Numbered from the stretch's first letter, positions 9,554 through 19,953 are shown. The stretch: 42,602 bases of DNA from an uncultured Lachnospiraceae bacterium (GCA_910579865.1 CAJTXA010000028.1:462-43063); one strand, 5' to 3'. Notes: a model not told the origin generated them from the letters alone. Made by a program: numbers and translations.

Positions 9554-9604
9554 CCAAAAAAGGAATCTTTGTAAAAATATTGTTTTAGCTCAAACAAAGA
9601 TTCC
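9554..9604 (-). terminator. Rho-independent terminator after the carboxypeptidase gene
   Basis: 11-bp stem GGAATCTTTGT/ACAAAGATTCC (9563-9573 with 9594-9604) and a 20-nt loop. On the minus strand it is followed by UUUUUU (complement of a9556-a9561). Confidence 0.55.
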
Positions 9605-9638
9605 ATCTTGTTATAGACGTCAAAATCCAAAATTAAAT

Positions 9639-11132
9639 TTAGGAAATTCCATAAAGCTTCTTATATTTTTCTTTTAAGTAGATAATAAAATAATCTGGAT
9701 TAAACTCTTCTTTTGTTGTTTCTTTTAAAATTTCCCGTGCTTCCTTAAATGCCCCATATTGATGCACATGTTGATGTAAAAATTCTCGAATTGCTTTTAT
9801 ATTTCCTTTCGAAAGCTCCTCTTCCACATTGATTTCTTTCTGCATCTTTGCATAAATCTGAGCAGCAAATGCATTTCCAAGTGCATAAGATGGAAAATAT
9901 CCCATACTTCCCATAGACCAATGTACATCCTGCAAAATTCCAACGGTATCATTTTCTGGTGTGATTCCTAGATATTCTTGATATTTTTCATTCCAAAGCC
10001 GAGGTAATTCTTCTACTTCTACTTCCCCATTTATCATTAATTTTTCCAACTCATAGCGTACCATAATATGCAAACAGTAAGTCAATTCATCTGCCTCTGT
10101 CCGAATTTCATCTGCCTGAACTCGATTGATTGCTGCTACAAACTGATCGAGTGAAACTTCTTTTAATTGTTTTGGAAACAATTCTACTAACTTCCCATAA
10201 ATAGGTACCCAAAATGCTCGGCTTCTTCCAATCATATTTTCCATAAACCGAGACTGGGATTCATGTATTCCACAAGAAGCTCCCTCTCCAAGTATCGTTT
10301 GTGTATATTGATCCTCTATTCCCTGCTCATAAATTGCATGTCCACTCTCATGGATAGTAGAAAAAATCGCACTTGCTAAATTTTCTTCATAATAATGTGT
10401 TGTAATTCGCACATCATGATTATGCCAAGAAGTTGTAAATGGATGTTCACTCTCCGCCATAACGCCACGGTTAAAATTAAATCCAATATACTCCGCTAAA
10501 AAGCGATTAAATTCTTTTTGTTTTTCAATTTCATACTTTTGATGTAAAAAGGAATCTTCTATCTGTGGTTGTTTTTGAATCTTTTGAAGAAGAGGAATTA
10601 ACTCCTTTTTTAATTTATCAAAAAAAATATCCAATACCTCTACTGGAAACGTTTCCTCATAATTATCTAACAGTACATCATATCCTGTCTGTTCTTTGGT
10701 TGAACCATAAGAGGCAAACTTTTTGTTATATGCAATAATCTCCTTTAAATAAGGTGCAAAGATTGAAAAATCATTCTCTTTTTTCGCTTTCTGCCATGCT
10801 TTTTGTGACTTTGACTGTAATTCCGCATAAGCTCGCTTCTCCTCTTTTGGAATTGCTTCTGTCTTTCTTAAACTCTTTTTGATTTTACGAATGATTGCCT
10901 GTTCTTTTTCTTCTCCTTCTTTTGCTTCAAATTTTTCTAAAATCTTCTTTACCTCTGGATTGGTAAGACAAAGAAAATCTTCCTCCGCTAAAATACCAAT
11001 TACTTTTGCTGTCTGTTCTCCTGCTTCTTTTGGTGCAAGGGTCGCATCATCCCAATCAAATAAAGCAAGCGCTGTCTGTAATGCCATATGTTTTTCTAAA
11101 TAAGGCATCAATTGTTCAAAAATTTGACTCAT
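9639..11132 (-). CDS. Carboxypeptidase Taq-type (M32 family) metallopeptidase
   Basis: 497 aa. HESGHAIYEQG (HExxH) and DVHWSMGSMGYFPSYALGN are M32 hallmarks. Confidence 0.9.
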   Translation of the reverse strand: MSQIFEQLMPYLEKHMALQTALALFDWDDATLAPKEAGEQTAKVIGILAEEDFLCLTNPEVKKILEKFEAKEGEEKEQAIIRKIKKSLRKTEAIPKEEKRAYAELQSKSQKAWQKAKKENDFSIFAPYLKEIIAYNKKFASYGSTKEQTGYDVLLDNYEETFPVEVLDIFFDKLKKELIPLLQKIQKQPQIEDSFLHQKYEIEKQKEFNRFLAEYIGFNFNRGVMAESEHPFTTSWHNHDVRITTHYYEENLASAIFSTIHESGHAIYEQGIEDQYTQTILGEGASCGIHESQSRFMENMIGRSRAFWVPIYGKLVELFPKQLKEVSLDQFVAAINRVQADEIRTEADELTYCLHIMVRYELEKLMINGEVEVEELPRLWNEKYQEYLGITPENDTVGILQDVHWSMGSMGYFPSYALGNAFAAQIYAKMQKEINVEEELSKGNIKAIREFLHQHVHQYGAFKEAREILKETTKEEFNPDYFIIYLKEKYKKLYGIS

Positions 11133-11152
11133 TCTAAACTCCCTTCCTTTTA

Positions 11153-11189
11153 GGAAAACCGGAAAACAACTCTCTGTTTTCCGGTTTCC
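11153..11189 (-). terminator. Strong hairpin (15-bp stem) between the Nudix gene and the carboxypeptidase gene, likely terminator/attenuator
   Basis: GGAAAACCGGAAAACA/TGTTTTCCGGTTTCC with a 6-nt loop. The distal stem is T-rich and a T-run follows on the + side. It lies downstream of the Nudix stop (11215) on the minus strand. Confidence 0.5.
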
Positions 11190-11214
11190 TATCTTTTTAA
11201 AAATATTTCCTATT

Positions 11215-11700
11215 TTAAAAGTATTTCTTACTTCCCCAAAGATTATTCCTCTTTAAGTCTAAATATTCATTATATGCTTTTTCTAAAATCTGCTTTTCAT
11301 TCGAAAATTTTAATAAGTGGTAAGCCTCATGAAATTTATAATAACCCGAATCCATGAAAAACTCTTCCCGCTGCGGTTTGCTGTAATAGCTGTCTGACAT
11401 CATTAGATACCAGTGTACATCTTTCTCTACCATATCAGCAGGAGTCGCAAACGTATATTGGCTTTTTCCTACATATTTGATTATATTTCCCTTTACGCCT
11501 GATTCCTCTAATACTTCACGTAGTGCAGTTTCTTTATACTCTTCTCCAGCTTCTACAGTTCCTTTTGGTAATACCCATCCCTCATATTTATTCTTATAGT
11601 TTTTATATAAGAGTAAAATCTTACCTCGAAAAATAACCACACCGCCACAGCTCGTTGCTTCAATCATTGCAATTCCTCCTGTCCTTTGGTGTGAAACCAA
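11215..11700 (-). CDS. NUDIX hydrolase
   Basis: Nudix box GWVLPKGTVEAGEEYKETALREVLEESGV. The start is ambiguous between M1 and M12 (MIEATS). Confidence 0.85.
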   Translation of the reverse strand: MVSHQRTGGIAMIEATSCGGVVIFRGKILLLYKNYKNKYEGWVLPKGTVEAGEEYKETALREVLEESGVKGNIIKYVGKSQYTFATPADMVEKDVHWYLMMSDSYYSKPQREEFFMDSGYYKFHEAYHLLKFSNEKQILEKAYNEYLDLKRNNLWGSKKYF

Positions 11701-11764
11701 AACTAGGATAAGTATACCTCAATTGACAGAATTATGCAAGTCAATCCAAAAATATGTGAAAAAT

Positions 11765-14542
11765 TTACGTATCCATTTCGGATTCTTTTAATGTATACCA
11801 TACTTTAAAAATTTCTCCTGCTATCGAAGCTGCCTTTTTACTTCCAGCTCCTCCCTCCTCTACAATTACACTTACTACAATTTCTGGTTTTTCTACTGAA
11901 GAAAATCCCACAAACCAAGAGTGCGCTTCTTTCTTTGGATCCCATTCTGCCGTACCTGTCTTTCCGGCTACTGAATATTCTTCCAATCTAGCACGATATC
12001 CTGTTCCTTCTGTTACACACAAAGTCATCCATTCCGTCAGCTGTTTTGCTTCCTGTTCACTAATGGGTACTTGATAACGTTGAGGGCGATATTTTTTTAT
12101 GGTATTCCCATGTACATCTGTAATTCGATCTACTAAATAAGGTTTCATCATAACACCACCATTTGCAATGGTTGCTGTTATCATTGCCTGATGAAGTGGT
12201 GTTATCTCCACCGTACCCTGTCCGATTGCAGTTTGCATAATCTCCCATTCAGGAGAACTATCCTTTAATTGAAATTGACTTGATACATATGATAATGCAA
12301 CTGGTAAATCTTGATTAAACAAAAATTTTTCACACAGTTTTGAAAACTGTTCTATCGAAAGCTCTAAACCAATTTTTGCAAAAGCACCATTGCAAGACTT
12401 CGCAAAAGCCGTTTCAAATGAAATAGTTCCATGTACAGTTTGGTTTGAACATTGAATTGTTGCTCCATTATGTTGGTAAGAACCAGTACAATCATAAGAA
12501 AACTTTGAAATCTGATCTGGAAACTCTTTTAAATATTCTAATGCAGTTAAAATCTTAAATGTAGAACCAGGTGGATAACGTCCTTGCGTAGCACGGTTTA
12601 ATAGATAGCTCTGTTCTCCATCTGAATCATCTGCAAGTGATTCCCAGATAGCTTCTATTTCGTTTGGATTATAATCTGGCTTCGAAACCATAGCAAGAAT
12701 TTTTCCAGTCGATGGCTCCATCACTACAATAGCCCCTTTTTGACCTTCCAATTCCTCAGAAGCTGCTTTTTGAAGCGTATAATTTAAAGTCGTAATCAGT
12801 TGATTTCCCTTATCTTTTTCCCCTCTTAATTCATGTCCTATTTTTTCATAAATAGGTTCATCTGATGTTAAAAGCTGAAAGTTATAGATTTTTTCCAATC
12901 CATCTTTTCCACTCTGTGAATACCCTACTACATGGGAAAATAAATTCTCAAATGGATAAACTCTTTGCTCTGTTCCATCCTCCTTTGTTTCTGTCTTTGC
13001 AATCACTTTTCCATCTGCCGTAAGAATTGTACCACGTACCACCTTTTTTGCGAAATCCTCCTGCCGCAGATTATAAGGATTGTTGATAACATCTTTACTC
13101 TCTGCAAAAAGAAAATAACCAAGATAACACGGCATTAATAGAAATAGTCCTGTAAATAGATACATAACAAAATAAAGTTCTCGATTCCAACTTGTTTTTC
13201 CCGATAAAATTCTTAGTCTTTCATCATCTGTATGTTTTTGTTCTTCCTCCCCTTTTCCTAGCCCTAGTTCTAATTCTGAAATATATAGTCCCTGTACAAT
13301 TCCATACATTACAAGTGAACTTAGCATTGAACTTCCGCCACAACTTACAAATGGAATTGTTACCCCCGTAGATGGAATTAGTTTCATTGCTCCGCCAATT
13401 GTTAAAAATACCTGTATTCCATACTCACAAGCAAGCCCCAACGCCATATAACGATAAAAATGACTGTGCATCTGAATCGCTATATTTAAAATCAAAAGCA
13501 GACATCCTAAACAGATAAAAATAACACAGACTGCAACCAACCCGCCCAATTCTTCTGCAATTGCTGAGAAGAAAAAGTCCTCTTCTACAACTGGTATCTG
13601 GGAAGGAGAACCTTTATTTAATCCTACTCCTAACCAGCCTCCTGTTCCGATTGCAAAAAGAGACTGTGCAATCTGATACCCTTTACTTTCAATTACAGAC
13701 CAGGGATCAATCCACGCTGTTACACGAGTCTGAATATGGGAAAATGTCTGATAAGCCAGATAGGAAGCACCTGCTCCCGCTAATAACCCGCCAAATAAAT
13801 AAATCGGTCTTTTTGTAGCTACATAGACCATAAATACAAATACCAATGAAAAAATCAATGCACTTCCCAAATCAGTCGATGCCACTAAAATTAAAATATG
13901 CACAGCTGCTAAAATTCCTGTCTTTATTACCTGCTTCCAATCATCTCTTACTTCAAACATAGCAGCAATAAAAAATACATAACTAATTTTTACAAATTCA
14001 GAAGGTTGAAAAGAAACACCAAGTAATGCAATCGAAAGTTTAGCTCCATAACTGGTTTCTGCCAAAATCAAAACTACCAAAAGTAACACTACCCCAGCAA
14101 TTCCATAAAGCCATGCAAACTTTCTTAACGATTTCCACTTTTTCATAATATATGGAATCGCTGCCATAAAAAGTGTTCCTAATGCTAAAATCAAAAACTG
14201 TCGGTTTGCTTTTCCAATAGAAAGTCTTGCCAGCACAAGAAACCCTATCACCATTAGCATACAAACTAAACTAGTTAATAATCTAGAAGCTGCTGGATAA
14301 GCAATATGAAATAATGTTTCTAACAAAATTAAATAAACTAATTCCGCCCCATATAAAAGGATTAGATTCTCATTTCCTGTAGAAAGAAATAAAGAAAAAA
14401 ACCCAAGAAAATGTACCATAAACAGGCAAATATTTAATATTGTTACTTTTCTTTTTTTATAATAAGCAAAAGAATAATACGTATATACCATCATCAGCAA
14501 AATAATCAGATATTTTGACAGCTCTTGCATCAGACTAACCAT
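11765..14542 (-). CDS. SEDS glycosyltransferase (FtsW/RodA/SpoVE family) fused to class B penicillin-binding protein transpeptidase
   Basis: 925 aa. The N-terminal ~430 aa is polytopic with SEDS motifs (PSEFVKI, DFFFSAIAEELGG, GVTIPFVSCGGSS). The C-terminal part carries the bPBP motifs STFK (SxxK), SCN (SxN) and KTGTAEW (KTG) in a single ORF. Confidence 0.85.
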   Translation of the reverse strand: MVSLMQELSKYLIILLMMVYTYYSFAYYKKRKVTILNICLFMVHFLGFFSLFLSTGNENLILLYGAELVYLILLETLFHIAYPAASRLLTSLVCMLMVIGFLVLARLSIGKANRQFLILALGTLFMAAIPYIMKKWKSLRKFAWLYGIAGVVLLLVVLILAETSYGAKLSIALLGVSFQPSEFVKISYVFFIAAMFEVRDDWKQVIKTGILAAVHILILVASTDLGSALIFSLVFVFMVYVATKRPIYLFGGLLAGAGASYLAYQTFSHIQTRVTAWIDPWSVIESKGYQIAQSLFAIGTGGWLGVGLNKGSPSQIPVVEEDFFFSAIAEELGGLVAVCVIFICLGCLLLILNIAIQMHSHFYRYMALGLACEYGIQVFLTIGGAMKLIPSTGVTIPFVSCGGSSMLSSLVMYGIVQGLYISELELGLGKGEEEQKHTDDERLRILSGKTSWNRELYFVMYLFTGLFLLMPCYLGYFLFAESKDVINNPYNLRQEDFAKKVVRGTILTADGKVIAKTETKEDGTEQRVYPFENLFSHVVGYSQSGKDGLEKIYNFQLLTSDEPIYEKIGHELRGEKDKGNQLITTLNYTLQKAASEELEGQKGAIVVMEPSTGKILAMVSKPDYNPNEIEAIWESLADDSDGEQSYLLNRATQGRYPPGSTFKILTALEYLKEFPDQISKFSYDCTGSYQHNGATIQCSNQTVHGTISFETAFAKSCNGAFAKIGLELSIEQFSKLCEKFLFNQDLPVALSYVSSQFQLKDSSPEWEIMQTAIGQGTVEITPLHQAMITATIANGGVMMKPYLVDRITDVHGNTIKKYRPQRYQVPISEQEAKQLTEWMTLCVTEGTGYRARLEEYSVAGKTGTAEWDPKKEAHSWFVGFSSVEKPEIVVSVIVEEGGAGSKKAASIAGEIFKVWYTLKESEMDT

Positions 14543-14557
14543 ACTACTACCTCCCTC

Positions 14558-16879
14558 TTACTCAATCCCCCGTTTCAAATGCCCTCTTGTAAATGCAAAA
14601 GGTTCCTCTGAAAATAAAATACCCTTTTGATACGCCTGAATAAATTTTGTAAGAATCTCTGTTACCTCTTTTACAGATTCCAGTGTAAAATCCAGCCGTA
14701 TTGCACTAGGTAAAATTCGATCCACTTCTTTTTTTACACTTAAAAGAGAAAGTGGTTTACAATTATATATTTTATTATAGCAAAATTTACACCTATTTTT
14801 TATTGTAAATTCATTGTTATAACGATCGGTTAAAAGAAGCGTTCCAGATTTGCAAGAACATCCTTTTAAATTTTTCATCGTACATTGTGCTGATACCATC
14901 ATTGGTAAGTAGCCATATACCATTAACTCACTTCTTTTATCTGCAATTTGTGCCAGCTCTCTTCCATTTAACTCTAAAGGAAGGGTTATTTGTTCTACAT
15001 TCCACTGTTTTTCAAATACCTGCATACTTTCCGAATTAAATCCATAAAGAGAAGAATCCAATCGAATCGGTATTTCTTTTTCTTTTCTTTTTTCTTTTAG
15101 AAAAGAAAATTCATCTAAATTTCTTGCTACAAATCCATCAATTCCTGCCTGTAACAATGATTGATATTCTTGTTCTAACCAATTCTTTGTCGTATCTCGA
15201 AAAATAGGTGGAAGCATATAATAAAACTTTTGATTTGGAAACCGTTTTTTATAACTTTTTACATCATCTGTTGAAAATTCACTTGCATCTAAATAAATCG
15301 AAGAAATTTCTGTAAATTTTGTTACTGCTTCTACATATTCTTTTTTTTCTAAATAGACATTTATCTTATATTGACAAGCAGATTTTAATTCTCTTTTTTT
15401 ATTTTTTATTTCCTTTAAATAAATCTCTTTTTGACTTTCTTCTCGATAAAATGGTTGCAGATATGCTGCCGTTAGTTGTTCTAATGCTGTTCTTCGCAAT
15501 TCATTTAATTCTGTTATAGAAATAAAACTCTTTCCATCTGTTTCTATTAAAAGATTAGAAAAAGAAAATGGCGTTTTTCCGGTTTTTTCTATTTGTTTTG
15601 CAATATTTTCTTTTGTCATAGGCTGCTTTTCTGCCAAAGCAACCTCTTTTCCAAATACAGTAACACTTTGGTTTTGAAATTGAACAGTAAGTTTTGCCTT
15701 TTCTTTCGAATATATTCTTATTGTTCCATCAATTGCTTCCTTTGGCTCTACAGAGAGAAATTCTTTTCGAACTGCTTCAAAAAGTTCTTGATTTTTCTCC
15801 TCACTTTCTGCTTCTTTTCCCTGAAGAAACATCATATCTTTTCCGTTCTTTTCTATATAATATCCTTTTGTAAATCCACCCCGATTATAAAGATCATATA
15901 AAATTTTCTTATCCTTATCAGATACAGCAAATCCCTCTCTTCCATGCTCAATATAAATATCTAGATATTTGCGATAAACACTGACTACACCTGCTGTATA
16001 TTCCGGCTTTTTCATCCTGCCTTCAATTTTAAGAGAATAGACACCTGCTTCTAAAATATCTGGTAAAAGTTCTATACTGCACAAATCCTTTGGACTTAAT
16101 TGGTAAGGTTCCTCCTTACGGTTCCATCTTTTTTTCTGTTCTTTCTCTTTTACCTGATAGGGAAGACGGCAAGGCTGTGCACAACGTCCTCGATTTCCAC
16201 TTCTTCCTCCTGCCAAACTACTAAATAAACACTGTCCCGAATAGCAGTAACAAAGTGCTCCATGTATAAAACTTTCTATTTCTAAAGATTCTAACCCTTC
16301 TGTATGATGAATCTTTTGGATCTCCTCCAAGGAAAGTTCTCTTGCAGTTACAATTCGTACAGCTCCCATTTCTTTTAAAAGTTTTGCTCCATAAGGCCCC
16401 ATCAAAGTCATCTGTGTACTAGCATGAATAGGAAGCTTGGGAAAATACTTTTGAATAAAAGAAAATACTCCAATATCCTGCACAATTACTGCATCTAATC
16501 CCTGTTGATAAAAAGGAAGTAAATAAGAATATAGTTTTTCCTGCATCTCTTGTTCTTTTAATAATGTATTAACTGTTAAATATAATTTTCTACCATGAAG
16601 ATGAACAAAATCAATTGCAGATTTTAAGGTTTCTGTATCTAGGTTGTTGGCATATGCTCTTGCACCAAACAGATTTCCCCCTAAATAAACCGCATCAGCA
16701 CCTGCCAAAACAGCCGCCACCATCGTTTCATAGGAGCCAGCTGGTGCTAACAATTCTGCTTTTTTTGTATAACATGCCTGATACCTTTGACTTTTATATA
16801 ACTCCATTCTTTTTTCCTCAATCTTTTCTTTTTTCTCTATAAAGAATGTCATGTCTTCTTTCTGGGAATGACATGACAT
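14558..16879 (-). CDS. Peptidase U32 family protein (collagenase-like / RlhA-TrhP-type), long form
   Basis: 773 aa. AELLAPAGS...AVYLGG...E-x-F-x-HGALC-x-x-YSGQC-LFSS is the U32 signature. It has a long C-terminal extension. The start is ambiguous between M1 and internal Met codons. Confidence 0.85.
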   Translation of the reverse strand: MSCHSQKEDMTFFIEKKEKIEEKRMELYKSQRYQACYTKKAELLAPAGSYETMVAAVLAGADAVYLGGNLFGARAYANNLDTETLKSAIDFVHLHGRKLYLTVNTLLKEQEMQEKLYSYLLPFYQQGLDAVIVQDIGVFSFIQKYFPKLPIHASTQMTLMGPYGAKLLKEMGAVRIVTARELSLEEIQKIHHTEGLESLEIESFIHGALCYCYSGQCLFSSLAGGRSGNRGRCAQPCRLPYQVKEKEQKKRWNRKEEPYQLSPKDLCSIELLPDILEAGVYSLKIEGRMKKPEYTAGVVSVYRKYLDIYIEHGREGFAVSDKDKKILYDLYNRGGFTKGYYIEKNGKDMMFLQGKEAESEEKNQELFEAVRKEFLSVEPKEAIDGTIRIYSKEKAKLTVQFQNQSVTVFGKEVALAEKQPMTKENIAKQIEKTGKTPFSFSNLLIETDGKSFISITELNELRRTALEQLTAAYLQPFYREESQKEIYLKEIKNKKRELKSACQYKINVYLEKKEYVEAVTKFTEISSIYLDASEFSTDDVKSYKKRFPNQKFYYMLPPIFRDTTKNWLEQEYQSLLQAGIDGFVARNLDEFSFLKEKRKEKEIPIRLDSSLYGFNSESMQVFEKQWNVEQITLPLELNGRELAQIADKRSELMVYGYLPMMVSAQCTMKNLKGCSCKSGTLLLTDRYNNEFTIKNRCKFCYNKIYNCKPLSLLSVKKEVDRILPSAIRLDFTLESVKEVTEILTKFIQAYQKGILFSEEPFAFTRGHLKRGIE

Positions 16880-16888
16880 TTTCTATCC

Positions 16889-17353
16889 TTATTTATCCTG
16901 ATTTTCATTCTTATCCTGCCCATCTTTGCTTCTTTTTTCATTTTGTGCTTTTCTAGTATGTGTTTTCTCTGCTTCTAAACGAATAATCGTTTTTTCCTGT
17001 TCACTTACTGTCTTTCGAAGAGCTTCTAATTCCAGCTCTTCCTCCTCCATTCGAAGTTTTAGTCCTACTAATTCATGTTTTAAATTCGAAATCTCCTTAT
17101 TGCGCTCTTCTAATTCTAAACTTGCTGTATCTGCATTTTTCTTTGCTTTATAATAATCATCTGCTACATTGAGATACATCAGGATATTCTGCACCTCTCG
17201 GTTCTGACGTTTATATCCCTCTGCCATTCGTACCTCAGAAAGTTTTGCATTAATATATGCAGCAACTTTATTTAGGTATTCGGGGTCTTCGTATCCGCTT
17301 AATGTATATACTTTTCCGTCAATAACCACCTGTACATTATTCTTTAGTGCCAT
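16889..17353 (-). CDS. zapA: Cell division protein ZapA
   Basis: 154 aa. N-terminal VVIDGKVYTLSG and a C-terminal coiled-coil are typical of ZapA. Confidence 0.75.
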   Translation of the reverse strand: MALKNNVQVVIDGKVYTLSGYEDPEYLNKVAAYINAKLSEVRMAEGYKRQNREVQNILMYLNVADDYYKAKKNADTASLELEERNKEISNLKHELVGLKLRMEEEELELEALRKTVSEQEKTIIRLEAEKTHTRKAQNEKRSKDGQDKNENQDK

Positions 17354-17398
17354 CCAATATCCTCTCCCTGCATTATTCCTTTGTTATCATTAAACTTT

Positions 17399-17427
17399 AT
17401 TATAATCAATTTCAGAAAAAAGCACAA
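17399..17427 (-). promoter_or_regulatory. Putative sigma-A promoter for zapA (TTGTGC-17-TATAAT)
   Basis: Minus strand reads TTGTGC (17422-17427), a 17-nt spacer, then TATAAT (17399-17404). RBS GGGAGAGGA precedes the zapA ATG. Confidence 0.4.
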
Positions 17428-17489
17428 GCATTTTATGAGAGGATTTTGTTTACCAAGATTCTCCAGTTTATAGTTCTATTCTGTTTTTT

Positions 17490-18482
17490 CTATTTTTTTA
17501 GTCCAAGATGTTGATAAGCCAAATCTGTTACAATTCTTCCACGAGGCGTCCTCTGTAAAAATCCATTTTGAATAAGATACGGTTCAATTACTTCTTCTAA
17601 TGTTCCAGCATCTTCTCCTAAAGCTGCTGCCAATGTATCTAATCCGCAAGGACCTCCTGTAAATTTTTGAATTAAAGTAATTAAAAACATCCGATCGCTA
17701 TTATCTAGTCCATATTTATCCACTTCCAGCAAATCCAACGCAAAATTTGCCACCTCTTCTGTAATAACTCCATGATATTTTACCTGTGCAAAATCTCGCA
17801 CCCGCTTTAAAAGCCGATTTGCCAATCGAGGTGTGCCACGACTTCTTCTTGCCATCTCCATTGCACCCGCAGCCTCAATTTCTACTTGCAATACCCTAGC
17901 AGAACGCATTAAAATTGTCTGCAATTCCTGCGGTGTATAAAATTCTAATCGATGAATCACGCCAAATCGATCCCGAAGCGGTGCCGTTAAAAGTCCAGCT
18001 CTGGTTGTAGCACCTACCAAAGTAAATTTAGGTAAATCTAATCGGATGGATCGTGCTGTTGCGCCTTTTCCAATCACAATATCAATTGCAAAATCCTCCA
18101 TTGCCGGATAAAGCACTTCTTCTACTTGTCGATTTAACCGATGAATTTCATCAATAAATAATACATCTTTTTCTTGAAGATTATTTAAAATCGCCGCCAG
18201 CTCTCCTGGTTTTTCAATCGCAGGTCCAGAAGTAATCTTCATATTGGTTCCCATCTCATTTGCGATAATTCCAGCTAAAGTTGTTTTTCCAAGTCCAGGA
18301 GGACCATAAAATAATACATGGTCTAGTGGTTCTTTCCGGCTTTTCGCTGCTTCAATATATACTTTTAAATTTTCCTTTGCTTTTGCTTGACCAATATAAT
18401 CTGCCAAAAGCTGTGGCCTTAGATGATTTTCCACACTATTATCTTCTTCTGTTCGCTCTGTTGTTATCATTCTCTTTGCCAT
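17490..18482 (-). CDS. ruvB: Holliday junction branch migration helicase RuvB
   Basis: 330 aa. Walker [20 protein letters not shown] and RuvB-family similarity over the full length. Confidence 0.95.
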   Translation of the reverse strand: MAKRMITTERTEEDNSVENHLRPQLLADYIGQAKAKENLKVYIEAAKSRKEPLDHVLFYGPPGLGKTTLAGIIANEMGTNMKITSGPAIEKPGELAAILNNLQEKDVLFIDEIHRLNRQVEEVLYPAMEDFAIDIVIGKGATARSIRLDLPKFTLVGATTRAGLLTAPLRDRFGVIHRLEFYTPQELQTILMRSARVLQVEIEAAGAMEMARRSRGTPRLANRLLKRVRDFAQVKYHGVITEEVANFALDLLEVDKYGLDNSDRMFLITLIQKFTGGPCGLDTLAAALGEDAGTLEEVIEPYLIQNGFLQRTPRGRIVTDLAYQHLGLKK

Positions 18483-18499
18483 ATAGAAATCCTTTCATC

Positions 18500-19105
18500 C
18501 TACCGACTCATCTTTTTTAAAGAAGCTTTTAACAAAGTTTCCACTGTCATATCCTCTGTTACTGTTACAGCACGAACGGCACGAAGTGCATCAGTTGGAC
18601 TATATCCCAAAGCAGTCAGTGCTTGCACTGCCTCATTTTGTATCTCTTTTGTCTGTCCAACATCTTTTGCTTCTTTTGCCAACTTTTGTTCAAATACCTC
18701 TTCTAATTTTAATTTATCCTTTAACTCAATTACCATCTTTTGTGCTGTTTTACTGCCAATTCCTGGTGCTTTTGCAATCGTTTTTGCATCTCCTGCCAAC
18801 ACTGCAAACCGTAAATCATCTACAGAAATTGTAGAAAGAATAGCCAACGCTCCTTTTGGGCCAATTCCACTTACTCCCAAAAGAAGCCGAAATACTGTGA
18901 TATCTTCTTTTTCTAAAAATCCATATAAATCTAAAATATCTTCTCTGATATAGAGATAGGTAAAAATCTGTATCTCACTTCCTATTGCTGGAAGCATAGT
19001 AACCACAGTAGCAGGTACCTTTATCAAATAACCGATTCCATGATTTTCCACCACAACAAAATCTATTCCTACTTCTTTTAACTCACCTTTTATAAAAGAA
19101 ATCAT
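18500..19105 (-). CDS. ruvA: Holliday junction DNA-binding protein RuvA
   Basis: 201 aa. MISFIKGEL...GIGYLIKVP OB domain and HhH motifs (GIGPKGA, APGIGSKTAQK). Confidence 0.95.
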   Translation of the reverse strand: MISFIKGELKEVGIDFVVVENHGIGYLIKVPATVVTMLPAIGSEIQIFTYLYIREDILDLYGFLEKEDITVFRLLLGVSGIGPKGALAILSTISVDDLRFAVLAGDAKTIAKAPGIGSKTAQKMVIELKDKLKLEEVFEQKLAKEAKDVGQTKEIQNEAVQALTALGYSPTDALRAVRAVTVTEDMTVETLLKASLKKMSR

Positions 19106-19165
19106 TGAAACTCTCCTTATGCTCTTTTTAATCCAATCTATTAAAAGTAATCGAACATAGATACG

Positions 19166-19194
19166 ATTGTAACAGATCTTCCTCTATCTGGCAA
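19166..19194 (-). promoter_or_regulatory. Putative sigma-A promoter for ruvAB (TTGCCA-17-TACAAT)
   Basis: Minus strand reads TTGCCA (19189-19194), a 17-nt spacer, then TACAAT (19166-19171). RBS AAGGAGAG precedes the ruvA ATG. Confidence 0.5.
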
Positions 19195-19283
19195 GCATTT
19201 TAATACCCAGTTCCATTGCTCTATCTATCATTTTATTTCATAAACCAAAGCCCTCCTTTTTTCCTTATTATTTGTCTTATTTA

Positions 19284-19532
19284 TCACCAAGTAACTTTTT
19301 GATCTTTATGTGTATAATTTTTCATTTGTATTATTAAATCTGATAAAATTTTTTTATAATATTCCTTTTGTTTTTCGTTTAGTTGATTTGTCTTTAAACA
19401 TTCTTCAAAAACTTTTTGAAATTCTTTTAAATTTTCCTGTGCTGCATCTTTATAATTATTAGATTGATTTATCTGTATCTTCTGCAAAATTGTTTCTAAT
19501 TCAGAATTTTTCTTATTAAAAAATGGAAACAC
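19284..19532 (-). CDS. Hypothetical small protein (82 aa, K/E-rich, helical)
   Basis: ORF only, with no recognisable motif. It sits between the ruvA promoter and a terminator. Confidence 0.35.
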   Translation of the reverse strand: MFPFFNKKNSELETILQKIQINQSNNYKDAAQENLKEFQKVFEECLKTNQLNEKQKEYYKKILSDLIIQMKNYTHKDQKVTW

Positions 19533-19570
19533 TCGGATCCCTCCAATTTAGTTTTATTTTTTAGTACAAT

Positions 19571-19602
19571 ATAAAAACTCGGAGAGAAGTCTTTCTCTCC
19601 GA
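19571..19602 (-). terminator. Rho-independent terminator
   Basis: 10-bp stem TCGGAGAGAA/TTCTCTCCGA (19579-19588 with 19593-19602) and loop GTCT. On the minus strand it is followed by GUUUUUAU. Confidence 0.55.
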
Positions 19603-19953
19603 AAATATTCTTTATTTTATTATTTTATTCCATTATATAAATAAGGAAAGATTTTTTCAACCCTATTTTTATAAATTTTTCAACTAAAAACTTAGTATTA
19701 AATATATTAAAAGAAAAAATTTATTCGAATAAATTTTCATAAAACCATTTTTTCCATTTTCCAAAAAATAGTGATTCTAAATGAAACCACCTTAATTTCT
19801 AACTTTCAACATTTATAAATCGAAAATCCCTTAACATTATTACTGTAAAGGGATTTTCTTATTCGTTTATTTATGATCCTACAATTGATGTAATCAATTT
19901 TGGTATATAATTACTCAAAGCAGAAGCAGTCATAACCAGAGCAAACAAATAAC

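Noticed and set aside
9508-9640. Looked for a preQ1 riboswitch upstream of queH
   Set aside because: No match to the preQ1-I core (AGAGGTTCTAGCTACACCCTCT) on either strand. The only structure in the region is a terminator hairpin belonging to the upstream gene.
18423-18953. 176-aa + strand ORF, and many other 60-190-aa ORFs on the opposite strand of confident genes (e.g. 1648-1917, 5090-5356, 31834-32385, 41579-42163)
   Set aside because: These are antisense shadow ORFs inside strongly supported genes (ruvA/ruvB, the MVP-like gene, coaE, the GltD-like gene, the Hsp70-like gene). Their composition is low-complexity and dominated by Ser/Leu/Phe.
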